DNA of 64,000 nucleotides from Planctomycetota bacterium (GTDB taxonomy: Bacteria; Planctomycetota; Planctomycetia; Planctomycetales; Planctomycetaceae), in assembly GCA_027624335.1 (NCBI GenBank), contig JAQBWV010000002.1:18541-82540 (forward strand), written 5' to 3'. Shown here one piece after another: positions 1 to 10,016 of the stretch. Position 1 is the stretch's first letter, and each line of letters starts with the position of its first letter. A program made the translations under genes and the position numbers. Under the pieces are notes generated by a model. It worked only from the letters and a program-made list of their open reading frames with translations, ran no database searches and had not been told where the DNA came from.

Positions 1-1785
1 AACGGTCAGAACAAGGCCAGCAAAGCGATTCTCGCGACGAAACTTCCAACGCTGAAATCAACCACATGGGCGGCCTGGGTTCGCATCAATAGTCCGCAAA
101 AGCTGGGAGCGGTCATCTCAGCAACTTACGCAGGGGCGGATCAAGGGCACAGTCTGGGATTCGATCAAGGTAGCACTCCCCGAGTTGTCTGGAATCACGG
201 CTCTGGTTCTCACACGATCATTGCGGCGGCCCAGCCAGTCCTGTTCGAGGAATGGCATCACCTCGCTGTCACGTTCGACGCGGCTTCCACACGACTGCGG
301 CTGTTTGTCGACGGTGGTGAAGCGGCGACGGCTTCAAACGTAGCGACCTCGCACTTCAGCACAATCAGCGTTGGCCGGCGGGAAGCGTCCCAGGAGTGGC
401 AGTTCACCGGCGATGTCGACGAGGTGCAAATCTTTGATACTGCGCTGCGGCAGTCGGAGATTGAACTTCTATTGAAGAAACGCTCGCCACGACAGACCCC
501 TCTGATTCACTGGAATTTCGATCAAACCGCCGACGGCGCGGTTGTGGGGAAGGAGCAGGGCGGTGTAGTCGGTCGATTGGTCGGAGTCTCAACCAGGACA
601 GGGATCGTCAAGGACGGTGCGGCAGGAGCAGCATTCTCGTTCAGTGATGCTGTTGAGGTTTCAAAACCGGACGCTGAGCGAACTCGGAGGATCGCCAGCC
701 TTAAGACGCAAATCACGCAACTCGAAGCCAGGACGCCAGTACCCAGTCTCGTGATGTGCATCGGTGAGTTGCCTCCGGTCGATCTGGCGGTACATCTTCG
801 AGGAAGCCATCTGAAACTTGCGAGTACGGTGACCGCTCGCAGTACTCCGAAGGTGTTTGCGTCCGCGCTGATGCCGGTTACGGTGCCGCCGAATGAGAAC
901 GGTCGGCTTCAACTGGCGAACTGGATCGCCAGTTCGAAGAACCCGCTCACTGCGCGCGTGATGGTGAATCGAATCTGGCAACATCACTTTGGTGCTGGGC
1001 TGGTTCTTACCTCGTCCAATTTCGGAATCCGAGGCGAACAGCCATCGCATCCGGAACTACTTGATTTTCTGGCGAGTGAGTTTGTCGAGAGTGGGTGGTC
1101 GATCGGGCACATGCATCGCCTGATGATGAATTCGGCGACTTACCGGCAGAGCAGTCGCTTCAACGCGGACACCGCAGAGCGTGATCCAGAAAATCGACTG
1201 CTCGGACGTTACCCGGTTCGACGGATTGAAGCAGAAGCCGTGCGTGACTCGTTGCTGGCCGTTACGGGCGAACTGGATCGAACGGTCGGAGGTAGTCTGT
1301 TCAAGGCCGCAAACAAGAAACGCGTAACGATGTTGCCGGGCGACGTGGCGTACGACAGCTTTCGACGATCGGTCTATTTGCCGTCGGTTCGAGTCCGGGG
1401 CTACCAGCTCTTTTCGGTTTTCGATGTATCCGACAGCGGCCAGCATGTCGCTCGGCGACCACAGACGATGGTGGCTCAGCAGGCTTTATTTCTGATGAAC
1501 AACCCGCTGGTGACTGACCGGGCGAAGGAGTTGGCGAGACAGGTCGCCAATCAGTCGGCACGTCTTGAGCAACAAGTGGACTGGCTGCACCGGGTTCTTT
1601 ACGGTCGTCCCGCGTCCGCTCGCGAGAAGTCGACGATGGCGGCGGCCTTCTCGGAACTGGTAGCGTCCGAACTACTGGAAGTAGAGGCAACTGACGAAAA
1701 AGACCACGCAGCCGTCTCGTTGCTGGCCTGGCAACACATTACCCACACGATGCTCTGCTCCAACGAGTTCATCCACCTCCGGTAG
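1..1785 (+). CDS. LamG (laminin-G-like) + DUF1553 (PSD1) domain protein; 5' end lies outside the window
   Basis: Frame 1 is open from base 1; track ORF 424..1785 is only the part after the first Met. The upstream translation NGQNKASK...WHHLAVTFDAASTRLRLFVDGG...GDVDEVQIFDTAL looks like a LamG/concanavalin jelly roll. The C-terminal blocks NRIWQHHFG..SNFGIRGEQPSHPELLDFLA and LCSNEFIHLR are the conserved DUF1553 signatures. Confidence 0.85.
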   Translation, partial: NGQNKASKAILATKLPTLKSTTWAAWVRINSPQKLGAVISATYAGADQGHSLGFDQGSTPRVVWNHGSGSHTIIAAAQPVLFEEWHHLAVTFDAASTRLRLFVDGGEAATASNVATSHFSTISVGRREASQEWQFTGDVDEVQIFDTALRQSEIELLLKKRSPRQTPLIHWNFDQTADGAVVGKEQGGVVGRLVGVSTRTGIVKDGAAGAAFSFSDAVEVSKPDAERTRRIASLKTQITQLEARTPVPSLVMCIGELPPVDLAVHLRGSHLKLASTVTARSTPKVFASALMPVTVPPNENGRLQLANWIASSKNPLTARVMVNRIWQHHFGAGLVLTSSNFGIRGEQPSHPELLDFLASEFVESGWSIGHMHRLMMNSATYRQSSRFNADTAERDPENRLLGRYPVRRIEAEAVRDSLLAVTGELDRTVGGSLFKAANKKRVTMLPGDVAYDSFRRSVYLPSVRVRGYQLFSVFDVSDSGQHVARRPQTMVAQQALFLMNNPLVTDRAKELARQVANQSARLEQQVDWLHRVLYGRPASAREKSTMAAAFSELVASELLEVEATDEKDHAAVSLLAWQHITHTMLCSNEFIHLR

Positions 1786-1793
1786 AATGTTCC

Positions 1794-3164
1794 ATGAATG
1801 CGTCCAGAAGACAGATGCTGCAGAATGCCGCCGCAGGTTTCGCCATGCCGGCTCTGGCTGGTTTGTTGTCGGAGCAGGCGGTGGCTGGTTCGCCTGTTGG
1901 ATTGCCACGAGTCGCCCCGAAGATCAAGCGGGTAATCTTCCTGTTCATGTATGGTGGACCTTCGTCGATTGACACGTTCGACCATAAGCCGCAACTCGAC
2001 CGTGACCATGGCAAGCCGCTGCCGTTTGACAAACCGCGCGTTCAGTTTCGCGGCACGAAAAACCTGTTCGGCAGCCCGTGGAAGTTTCGTCAATACGGAG
2101 AGTCGGGCTCGGCAGTCAGTGAGCTGTTTCCGCACGTGGCGCAGCACGTTGACAAACTGACGTTCGTGCATTCGCTGCATGGCTCGAATGCAGCTCACGG
2201 CGGAGCGCTGCTGAAGATTCACACGGGATCGGACACGTTTGTCCGCCCGAGCATGGGTGCGTGGATCAGTTATGGGCTGAGCACAGAGAACAGCAACCTG
2301 CCGGCATTCGTGACGATCGATCCAACCTTGAACCACGGGGGCGTGCAGAATTACGGCGGTTCGTTCCTGCCGGCTCAACATCAGGGCGTGCGGATTCACG
2401 GCCAGGCGGCCACGATCAACGACCTGCAGGCGTCGGCGCCTGCAGCACTGCAGCGCCGAAAGCTGGACCTGCTCCAGTCGTTGAATCAACTTCAGTTCTC
2501 GGATGTTGGCCCGACTGCCGGACTCGATGCGCGTATCCGGACGTTCGAACTGGCGTTCCGGATGCAGCGGCAAGCGCCCGAAGCTCTTGATCTCAGCCAG
2601 GAGTCAAAAGAGTCTCACCAGCTTTACGGGACTGACGACAAGGCGACGTCGGCCTTCGGGCGGCAGTGTTTACTGGCAAGACGACTGGCGGAACGCGGCG
2701 TCCGCTTCATCCAGTGCACGCACCGCGAAGGCGAGAGTATCACCTGGGACGACCATTCGAATCTCGTGAAGCATCATCCGAAGCTTGCACACGCCGTCGA
2801 TAAACCAATCGCAGGATTGCTGACCGATCTGCATCAACGGGGCCTTCTGGAGGACACGCTGGTGATGTGGGGCGGAGAGTTCGGTCGCACACCGACAGCC
2901 GAAGGCAATGACGGCCGCGATCACAATCCGCACGGATTTACCTGGTGGCTGGCTGGCGGCGGTCTGAAGCCGGGTTTCCATTTCGGAGCCACTGACGAGT
3001 ACGGCTACTACGCTGTTCAGGATCGAGTACACATTCACGATCTGCATGCGACGCTGCTTCACCTGATGGGCCTTGACCATGAGCGACTGACCTATCGTTA
3101 CAACGGTCGTGACTTTCGCCTGACTGATGTCCACGGTCGAGTCGTCAGCGAGATCCTGGCGTGA
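1794..3164 (+). CDS. DUF1501 domain protein (sulfatase/alkaline-phosphatase-like), Tat-exported
   Basis: 456 aa. Twin-arginine signal MNASRRQMLQNAAAGFAMPALA. DUF1501 blocks FLFMYGGPSSIDTFDHKP, GGEFGRTP..GRDHNPHGF and YRYNGRDFRLTDVHG. It starts 8 nt after the DUF1553 gene stop, the usual DUF1553/DUF1501 pairing. Confidence 0.9.
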   Translation: MNASRRQMLQNAAAGFAMPALAGLLSEQAVAGSPVGLPRVAPKIKRVIFLFMYGGPSSIDTFDHKPQLDRDHGKPLPFDKPRVQFRGTKNLFGSPWKFRQYGESGSAVSELFPHVAQHVDKLTFVHSLHGSNAAHGGALLKIHTGSDTFVRPSMGAWISYGLSTENSNLPAFVTIDPTLNHGGVQNYGGSFLPAQHQGVRIHGQAATINDLQASAPAALQRRKLDLLQSLNQLQFSDVGPTAGLDARIRTFELAFRMQRQAPEALDLSQESKESHQLYGTDDKATSAFGRQCLLARRLAERGVRFIQCTHREGESITWDDHSNLVKHHPKLAHAVDKPIAGLLTDLHQRGLLEDTLVMWGGEFGRTPTAEGNDGRDHNPHGFTWWLAGGGLKPGFHFGATDEYGYYAVQDRVHIHDLHATLLHLMGLDHERLTYRYNGRDFRLTDVHGRVVSEILA

Positions 3165-3351
3165 GTGCCCGCTAGTTCGTATTACACGGTCAGTAGCTGT
3201 TGCCGGTAGTCGCCTTCACAATTCTCACTGCCGAAGCCGGACGACGCATCCGCAGCGTGAAGGGGACACGGTGTTAGCGCGACAACTGAGAACAGAAGTA
3301 AGAAAAAAGTGACTTGCGGAATCGAACTGTGAATCCTTCAATCGAGACAGA

Positions 3352-4734
3352 ATGAGCAGAGAATTCACTCAGCACCACGGTCATCAGTCGCCGTGTCGCG
3401 TCACAAGGCGACGTTTGCTGGAGGTTGGTTCCTCGGCTGCGTTCGGCGTGACGTTGACGGACCTGCTGGCGGCCGCTGAGGTTCAAACGGGGTTATCAGG
3501 CGAGGCTCGGTTCGGTCAAGCGAAGTCGGTTGTTGTCATCTTCTTGTGGGGAGGTCCGGGTCAGCAGGACCTATGGGATCCAAAGCCTGCAGCGCCGTCC
3601 ATTCTGCGTGGCGAGTTTCAGCCGATCTCAACCAGCGTCGCCGGAACTCAGATCAGCGAGCAGCTTCCGAAGCTCGCCGAACAGGCTCATCGATACACGC
3701 TCGTGCGGTCAGTGACTCATCGTGATTTCGAGCATGGCTCGGCGGCTTACACGGCGTTGACTGGCTATCCGCATCCATTTCCCGGCACGAACACAACCGC
3801 GCAACCCGATGATTTTCCGACGTATGGTTCGATGGTGAGCAGGCTGGCTCCAGCGACTCGACCGGTGCCGGATTTTGTCGTGCTGGGTCCGGTGATGCAC
3901 CAGGGGGCGCGGCCGCCACTGGCTGGTCAGAACGCAGGATTTCTCGGCCCCGGATTCGACGCACTACGAGTTCCGGACGATCCCGGAGAGAGGTCATTTC
4001 GAGTCGACGGGGTCACGCTCCCGGAAGATGTTGAACAAAGCCGCCTGACCGGTCGCCGGCAATTGCTTGCGTCGATTGAGTCGGCGGAGCGGACCGGGAT
4101 GCATCGCCAGCTATCGGGATTTGGCGATCTGTACGACCGGGTATTCGGATTACTCGGTTCGTCCGACACTCGGCAAGCATTCGACCTGGCTGGTGAGTCT
4201 CAGCCTCTGCGAGACTCGTACACTCGCACGCGGTTTGGACAAACTCTGCTGATGGCACGTCGGCTTGTGGAAGCTCACATTCCACTGATCACAGTCAACT
4301 GGTCGAAACTCAATGCCGACCAGTGGGACACTCATAGCAGGAATTATTCGCGTCTGCGAAAGATGTTGCCGCCGTTTGACCAGGCTCTGGCGACGTTTCT
4401 TGAAGACCTCGACACGCGCGGACTACTGGATTCCACGCTCGTTGTTTGTCTCGGAGAATTCGGACGCACGCCGAAAATCAACAAGGACGCCGGGCGGGAT
4501 CACTGGCCGGATTGCTATTCGATGCTGCTGGCTGGCGGCGGCATTTCGCGTGGGAAGACGTATGGAGAATCGAATCGAAGCGCCGCCTACCCGATTGCCA
4601 ACGATGTCGCTCCGTGGGATATCGCGGCCACGATGTTCCATCTGAAAGGGATCGACCCACGCACCCACATCAATAATCGTCAGGGACAACCGCTGCCAAT
4701 CTCACGCGGCGAAGTTGTTCGGGGTCTGTTGTAA
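3352..4734 (+). CDS. DUF1501 domain protein, second tandem copy
   Basis: 460 aa. Tat-like TRRRLLEVGSSAAFG. Blocks IFLWGGPGQQDLWDPKP and LGEFGRTPKINKDAGRDHWP. Confidence 0.9.
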   Translation: MSREFTQHHGHQSPCRVTRRRLLEVGSSAAFGVTLTDLLAAAEVQTGLSGEARFGQAKSVVVIFLWGGPGQQDLWDPKPAAPSILRGEFQPISTSVAGTQISEQLPKLAEQAHRYTLVRSVTHRDFEHGSAAYTALTGYPHPFPGTNTTAQPDDFPTYGSMVSRLAPATRPVPDFVVLGPVMHQGARPPLAGQNAGFLGPGFDALRVPDDPGERSFRVDGVTLPEDVEQSRLTGRRQLLASIESAERTGMHRQLSGFGDLYDRVFGLLGSSDTRQAFDLAGESQPLRDSYTRTRFGQTLLMARRLVEAHIPLITVNWSKLNADQWDTHSRNYSRLRKMLPPFDQALATFLEDLDTRGLLDSTLVVCLGEFGRTPKINKDAGRDHWPDCYSMLLAGGGISRGKTYGESNRSAAYPIANDVAPWDIAATMFHLKGIDPRTHINNRQGQPLPISRGEVVRGLL

Positions 4735-4778
4735 GCAGTCAGCGGACAACGTAAATCGATTTTCTCTCAGGCGAAGAC

Positions 4779-7178
4779 GTGGCTTCTCACGCAACGCAAA
4801 GTATGACACCGGGACAGCAACTAATCGCGCGATGCGATGCTCACGGAAAAAGTGACATGCGGGACAGCAACTCCATTTTCTTTGACTGGAGATCCTCGAT
4901 CGTCTTACTCGCGGCGACGACCGCGAGTGCCTTGGCGCGGGCGGATGACTGGCCCTGCTGGCGAGGTTCGAATCGCAACGCCGTCTCAAATGAAACCGGC
5001 CTGATTGATTCCTGGCCAGTCGAGGGTCCGGCGCTCCAATGGCGAGCGTCAGGAATCGGCAAGGGGTATTCCAGCGTTGTCGTGTCAAAAGGACTTATCT
5101 TCACGACGGGTCGGATCGCGGACGATGTGTATTGTGTTGCTCTGGAACTCCGTACTGGCCAGCAGAGATGGGCAAGGAAAATCGGGACGACGGCACGCAA
5201 TGTCATGGCAACGCCGACTGTTCATGACGATTTCGTTTACGCAGTTGATCCCGATGGTGAACTTGTCTGCCTGAACGTGCCAGATGGCAGAATCGTGTGG
5301 CAGCGCAGTTTTGTGAAGGAGTTTGGTGGTCGGTTGATGTCGGGTCGCGGCTATGGCGAGTCGCCACTGATCGACGGAGACCGGCTGATCTGCACTCCTG
5401 GCGGAGCCGACGCGATGGTCGTTGCGCTCGATCGGCGGACTGGCGACGCGATCTGGAAATCAACAATGCCGGACATCGGTACGAAAGGAAGGGACGGCGC
5501 GGCGTTTTCGTCGATTGTCATTTCGCACGCCGCAGGTGTTCGACAGTACGTTCAGCTGGTTGGACGCGGGCTGATTGGCGTTGATGCAATGACCGGCCGA
5601 TTCCTGTGGGGTTACAACGACATTTCGAACCAGACGGCGAATATCCCAACTCCCCTCGGTCGGGGTGACTTTGTGTTTTCCGCAAACGGATATCACGCCG
5701 GCGGCGTGCTGCTGAAAATTGAACGTGACGAATCTCAGACGGGAGTAACGGCACGCGAAGTGTACCGATTGACTGGCAACCGTTTTCAGAATCACCACGG
5801 CGGGTTCGTTCTGATTGGCGATCATGTTTATGGAGGCCACGGCAGCAACAACGGTCTGCCGACGTGCCTCGAATTCTCGACCGGAAAAGTTGCCTGGAAA
5901 CAAAGAGGACCAGGCACCGGGTCCGCCTCGATCGTCGCGGCTGACGGTCATCTCTACTTTCATTATCAGGATGGAGTCGTCGCGCTGATCGAAGCGAATG
6001 CGGAAGATTATCGCCTCAAGGGAACATTCAAACTGCCAGTTGCCGGTGGCGACAGCTGGTCGCATCCGGTAATTGCCGACGGCAAACTCTTTGTTCGTGA
6101 GCAGGGCGATTTATTTGCCTACGACCTTCGGAGCGAGGTGCCGACTGTGCCGCAGCCGACTCCACTAACCGTCTCTCCGGAGTTTGCGGAACTGGTCCGA
6201 CTGGGTGCCGCTGTTGAATTCGTCGCCGCGAAGGCACAGGAGAGTCGGCGAGGAATGTACCAGTTTGCGGTCAACGACGGGCAAGGGCCGCTTGCCGTCA
6301 TCGCCCTGTCGGATCGGCATATCGGTGTCGACGGAGCGTTGAGCGAGACCGTCGTCAAAGAACTACGGCAGCTGAAGTCGGCGTTTATCCTCGACGTCGC
6401 CGGATCTCGCATCAGTGGAGCGGGCATCCGCCAGGTGGCAGTCGTGAAGCGGCTTGTCGGGCTAAACCTTGGGGTTTGCAGAGGTGTCGATGATGTAGCG
6501 TTCGAGCCTCTGAAAGACGCGAACGGCCTGCGAGTTCTCATCGCGACTGGAACGAGCATTGGTCCATCAGGCCTTGAACATTTCGCTGAGTTGTCAGACC
6601 TCGTCGCTCTCGATCTGGAAATCTGTGACAACGTGACTGATGCGTGCTGCGATGTGCTGTCTCGGATGAAACAACTGCAGGCACTCAATCTGAAGAAGAC
6701 GGCTTTTGAACCGGACCGTATTTCGGCGGCCGGATTACAGAAGCTGGTTGCTCTACAGGGACTCGAAGTCCTGAATCTATACGGGGACGCGATCAACGAT
6801 GAGACACTCAAAGATTTGAAGCCGTTTTCGAATCTGCGAGAGCTTGATCTCAGTCTGACATCAGTAACCGACGCGGGGCTGATCCAGCTGGCGTCCTTGA
6901 AGAAACTTGCCAGTCTGACGCTGCTTTACTCGGAAGGCTTTGCCGGTCCGAAGATCACGAATGCCGGATTGAAACCACTTTCGCAGATGACTCAACTAAG
7001 CAGCTTGAATCTCGTCGGGGCTAAGGTTGATGATGCCGGTATCGACGAATTGATACAGCTTCAGAATCTCAAGCAGCTGACACTGGTCGGTTCGAGACTC
7101 TCAGCGGATGGGTTGAAGCAGCTTCGAATGGCACTGCCGAACTGCGAAGTGGATTCTGGTGAAGGCGTCTCGGAATAG
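4779..7178 (+). CDS. Secreted PQQ-like (BamB-type) beta-propeller fused to a C-terminal leucine-rich-repeat domain
   Basis: 799-aa ORF with a GTG at 4779. The likelier start is ATG 4857 (MRDSNSIFFDWRSSIVLLAATTASALARADDW, a signal peptide). DWPCWRG..NRNAVS and repeated G.v.a.d..tG...W motifs are typical of PQQ/BamB propellers. The last ~300 aa are regular LxxLxLxx(T/C) repeats ending LKQLRMALPNCEV. Confidence 0.8.
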   Translation: MASHATQSMTPGQQLIARCDAHGKSDMRDSNSIFFDWRSSIVLLAATTASALARADDWPCWRGSNRNAVSNETGLIDSWPVEGPALQWRASGIGKGYSSVVVSKGLIFTTGRIADDVYCVALELRTGQQRWARKIGTTARNVMATPTVHDDFVYAVDPDGELVCLNVPDGRIVWQRSFVKEFGGRLMSGRGYGESPLIDGDRLICTPGGADAMVVALDRRTGDAIWKSTMPDIGTKGRDGAAFSSIVISHAAGVRQYVQLVGRGLIGVDAMTGRFLWGYNDISNQTANIPTPLGRGDFVFSANGYHAGGVLLKIERDESQTGVTAREVYRLTGNRFQNHHGGFVLIGDHVYGGHGSNNGLPTCLEFSTGKVAWKQRGPGTGSASIVAADGHLYFHYQDGVVALIEANAEDYRLKGTFKLPVAGGDSWSHPVIADGKLFVREQGDLFAYDLRSEVPTVPQPTPLTVSPEFAELVRLGAAVEFVAAKAQESRRGMYQFAVNDGQGPLAVIALSDRHIGVDGALSETVVKELRQLKSAFILDVAGSRISGAGIRQVAVVKRLVGLNLGVCRGVDDVAFEPLKDANGLRVLIATGTSIGPSGLEHFAELSDLVALDLEICDNVTDACCDVLSRMKQLQALNLKKTAFEPDRISAAGLQKLVALQGLEVLNLYGDAINDETLKDLKPFSNLRELDLSLTSVTDAGLIQLASLKKLASLTLLYSEGFAGPKITNAGLKPLSQMTQLSSLNLVGAKVDDAGIDELIQLQNLKQLTLVGSRLSADGLKQLRMALPNCEVDSGEGVSE

Positions 7179-7230
7179 CATCTGCTTGTTTCGCACTGGA
7201 ATTGAGGTTTCACAACATCGCCCCAGTTAC

Positions 7231-8202
7231 TCAATTGGATATCAGCGATTGAGTTTTCTGATCGATCTGATCTTTCAGTTTTCCAGTCGCCCGCTCTGCC
7301 GCCATGCGGAACAGGAACGCAGCTGTTGTGGTATCACCCTGGCTCTCGGCAGTGAGACCTCGCTCGAAATACACTTCCGCGATGCGTTGAGAAGCCGAGA
7401 CCTCGCGCGATGACGCGGAGGCGACCCGTGGCTTGCCGGCGTCCGTCAGCTCATCGGTCGTCAGCGCATTGGTCGTTTGATGTTTCGGTGGTAGATCAGG
7501 CTGCAAATTGGTTACCGGCACTGCTGGATGCTGATTCGCTACGGAAATGTGCCGTTGGGAGTTGTCCTGAAACCATGAAAAGGCGGCATTGGTTCGCGCG
7601 ACTGTTGGATCGGCGGGAGCAGCGGTGCCTGGCGGATTGCCGGAACCGGCGACAGGATGAGGTGCCGAATGAGATTTCGGCAGAAGAATGTCGCCTCGAA
7701 GAACTCGTTCCGCGATCGTCGCCGGTTGTTGGAGTTGTTGGTGAAAGGCTGGGTCTGGAGCGGTAAAAAACGCACCACCAGGAGGAACGACTGGGACGAG
7801 CGAATAGACAAACGGCGTACGAACTCCGCTGAAGAAATATCCAGGTTGCCCGTTGGTTGTCATTACCGACGGGGTAGTCGTTGTGCTGAACCGCTCGAAA
7901 CCCTGCGAGAAATTAAATCGGAAGTCGCCCGAAAACTTACCCGAGTTGAATGCCCAGCCGGATGAGAGACCAGCGTTCGGGTTGTAGCTGCCGAAGCGCG
8001 GGACGCCGATATTCGGGCCGCCGAAGGTCGCAAAGGAATTCGAGCCACGCAACGACCAGCTCATGTTTGTCGATTCGAAGAAGCGGTCGCCGTTCGTCTG
8101 CAGCGGAGTTGTCGTGTAGACCATCGGCTGAGCGATGGCGAATGAATTCAGCAACAGACTCTGCACAGGCAAGAGCATGCAGGCGAGAAGAAGACTTTTC
8201 AT
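7231..8202 (-). CDS. Hypothetical secreted protein
   Basis: Long ORF. The start is placed at ATG 8202, giving the signal peptide MKSLLLACMLLPVQSLLLNSFAIAQP. The body is Gly/Phe/Pro-rich and the tail is helical. I recognise no family. Confidence 0.55.
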   Translation of the reverse strand: MKSLLLACMLLPVQSLLLNSFAIAQPMVYTTTPLQTNGDRFFESTNMSWSLRGSNSFATFGGPNIGVPRFGSYNPNAGLSSGWAFNSGKFSGDFRFNFSQGFERFSTTTTPSVMTTNGQPGYFFSGVRTPFVYSLVPVVPPGGAFFTAPDPAFHQQLQQPATIAERVLRGDILLPKSHSAPHPVAGSGNPPGTAAPADPTVARTNAAFSWFQDNSQRHISVANQHPAVPVTNLQPDLPPKHQTTNALTTDELTDAGKPRVASASSREVSASQRIAEVYFERGLTAESQGDTTTAAFLFRMAAERATGKLKDQIDQKTQSLISN

Positions 8203-8285
8203 GGCACGAACCCCGACTGGCGAGTTGGCAGGGGATGAGTATGCGTGGCCCAGAGCGCTTTCGCAAGATCGCTGATCGTCAGGAA

Positions 8286-9281
8286 TCATCCACCGATTGA
8301 GTGCATCGGTCGATCGGGTTGAATGAACCTGGCGGTGTTGATCTCGTGCCCTTCTTTCTTGGCGGTAATCGATTCACGGACTGCCTGAATGATGGCCGCG
8401 TCGTCGGCACCGTCACGGAGCATCGTCTTGAGATCAGTCTCTTCCAGACTGAACAGACAGTTGCGAAGTTTGCCGTCCGCCGTGATTCGAAAACGATTGC
8501 AGTTCATGCAGAACGGCTGGCTGACAGAAGCGATGAACCCAACTCGACCGATTCCATCTTCGAACTGAAACTCGGTAGCCGGTGCGCTGGGGTCGAATTC
8601 GCCGACCGGGACCAGCGGCATGATTTCGCGAGTCAGGCATTCAATGATTTCAGAAGCGAACAAGACTTTGTCGCGTTCCCAGGCGTTGTCAGCGTCGAGC
8701 GGCATGAATTCGATGAAGCGGACGTCAACATCGGTGTCTCGTGCGAATTGTCCGAAGGGAACAATCTGATCTTCCGTCATGCCGCGGATCGACACCGCGT
8801 TAACCTTGACCGGATCGAAACCGACTGCTTTGGCGATGTGAATGCTTTCGACAACTTTTTCGTAACCTTCTCGTCGAGTGATCTCTTTGAACCGTCCAGC
8901 ATCCAACGCGTCCAGGCTGATGTTTACTCGGCTGAGGCCCGCTTCGAACAGTTGTTGAGCCTGTTCACCGAAAAGGATGCCATTTGTCGTCAGGCCGATG
9001 TCGGATATCCCATCGATGGTCATCAGTTTTCGGATAAGCTGATGCAAATCTCTCCGAACGAGCGGCTCGCCGCCGGTTAGTCGTATTTTGTTAACGCCGA
9101 GCGGTGCCACAATACGGACGAACCGTTCCATTTCTTCGAAGCTGAGCAGCTCCTTACGGTTCATGAATTCGACATTGTCAGCGGGCATACAGTAGAAGCA
9201 GCGGATGTTACAGCGATCGGTCACGCTGATCCGCAGGTTGTTATGAACTCTGCCGAAGCTGTCGATGAGTTTGTCGGACAT
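8286..9281 (-). CDS. moaA: GTP 3',8-cyclase MoaA (radical SAM, molybdenum cofactor biosynthesis)
   Basis: CNIRCFYCMP (CxxxCxxC), LTGGEPL, and the C-terminal second-cluster motif FCMNCNRFRITADGKLRNCLF. The start is set at ATG 9281 (MSDKLIDSFGR) rather than the longest ORF (9359). Confidence 0.9.
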   Translation of the reverse strand: MSDKLIDSFGRVHNNLRISVTDRCNIRCFYCMPADNVEFMNRKELLSFEEMERFVRIVAPLGVNKIRLTGGEPLVRRDLHQLIRKLMTIDGISDIGLTTNGILFGEQAQQLFEAGLSRVNISLDALDAGRFKEITRREGYEKVVESIHIAKAVGFDPVKVNAVSIRGMTEDQIVPFGQFARDTDVDVRFIEFMPLDADNAWERDKVLFASEIIECLTREIMPLVPVGEFDPSAPATEFQFEDGIGRVGFIASVSQPFCMNCNRFRITADGKLRNCLFSLEETDLKTMLRDGADDAAIIQAVRESITAKKEGHEINTARFIQPDRPMHSIGG

Positions 9282-9395
9282 GGGGTATGGCAGATGAGTC
9301 AGAGACAAGTGGCAGGAGAAGGGAACTGATTGTATCCCGAAACACGAAACGGCACACAAAGTTACCGGGAATTTGTTGTTTGGTTTTCCATGATC

Positions 9396-9845
9396 TCAGG
9401 AAAAGGACGGGGGCGATTCGGTCATCGCCTCACCAGTTCCTGGGTGAACCCACTCGGTGGTGCCATCTGACCAGTTTTCTTTCTTCCAGACAGGAACGGT
9501 CACCTTCAGTGTATCAATCAGGTGCTTTCCGGCTTCGAATGCCAGTTCGCGGTGTGGGCTGCTAACGGCGACGGCGACGCTGATTTCGCCGAGTTCCAGA
9601 TGGCCGAGGCGATGAACGATTCCCACATTGGTGACCGGCCAGCGTTCGCGAACTTCAGCTTCAAGTTCTTCCATCTTGGCGACGGCCATTTCGGGAAACG
9701 CGTCGTAATCGAGAGCCAGCGTCTGTCGCCCACTGGTCATCTCACGAACCGTGCCTAGAAACAAGACGACCGCACCTGCCTGATGCGATCGCATCTGCTC
9801 CGTCAGTAACTGATAGTCAATGATTTCGTGAGTCAGCTTAACCAT
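9396..9845 (-). CDS. moaE: Molybdopterin synthase catalytic subunit MoaE
   Basis: 149 aa. GAVVLFLGTVRE..., IVHRLGHLELGEISVAVAVSSPHR and PVWKKE match MoaE family blocks. It lies directly upstream of moaA on the same strand. Confidence 0.85.
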   Translation of the reverse strand: MVKLTHEIIDYQLLTEQMRSHQAGAVVLFLGTVREMTSGRQTLALDYDAFPEMAVAKMEELEAEVRERWPVTNVGIVHRLGHLELGEISVAVAVSSPHRELAFEAGKHLIDTLKVTVPVWKKENWSDGTTEWVHPGTGEAMTESPPSFS

Positions 9846-10016
9846 TCAGGAAGCTTTCCGATCCGATCAAAGTCCGTAGCTGCTCACCGTTTACTCGAGC
9901 GCAGAAGAAATGGCCTGCCGGAAATATCTCCGACAGGCCATTATAAAATCCACGATCGCTACAGTGCCAACCAGTGTCGACATTTCAGCAGTCACAATTT
10001 CCGTGGTCGCAGTTGC

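Noticed and set aside
1599-2573. 324-aa minus-strand ORF, plus several 60-130-aa ORFs at 404..2032, overlapping the DUF1553 and DUF1501 genes.
   Set aside because: They are antisense shadow ORFs in GC-rich coding DNA. Their translations are Arg/Ser/Pro-rich with no recognisable motifs, while the plus-strand frames carry clear family signatures.
4965-4974. tRNA T-loop-like string GGTTCGAATC; a similar GGTTCGAGTCC occurs at ~1386.
   Set aside because: Both lie inside well-supported CDSs, and the flanks cannot form the T-stem or acceptor stem. I recognised no tRNA in any intergenic region.
8301-9080. 259-aa plus-strand ORF opposite moaA.
   Set aside because: The minus strand encodes an unmistakable MoaA (radical-SAM CxxxCxxC and C-terminal cluster). 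The plus-strand product has no motifs.
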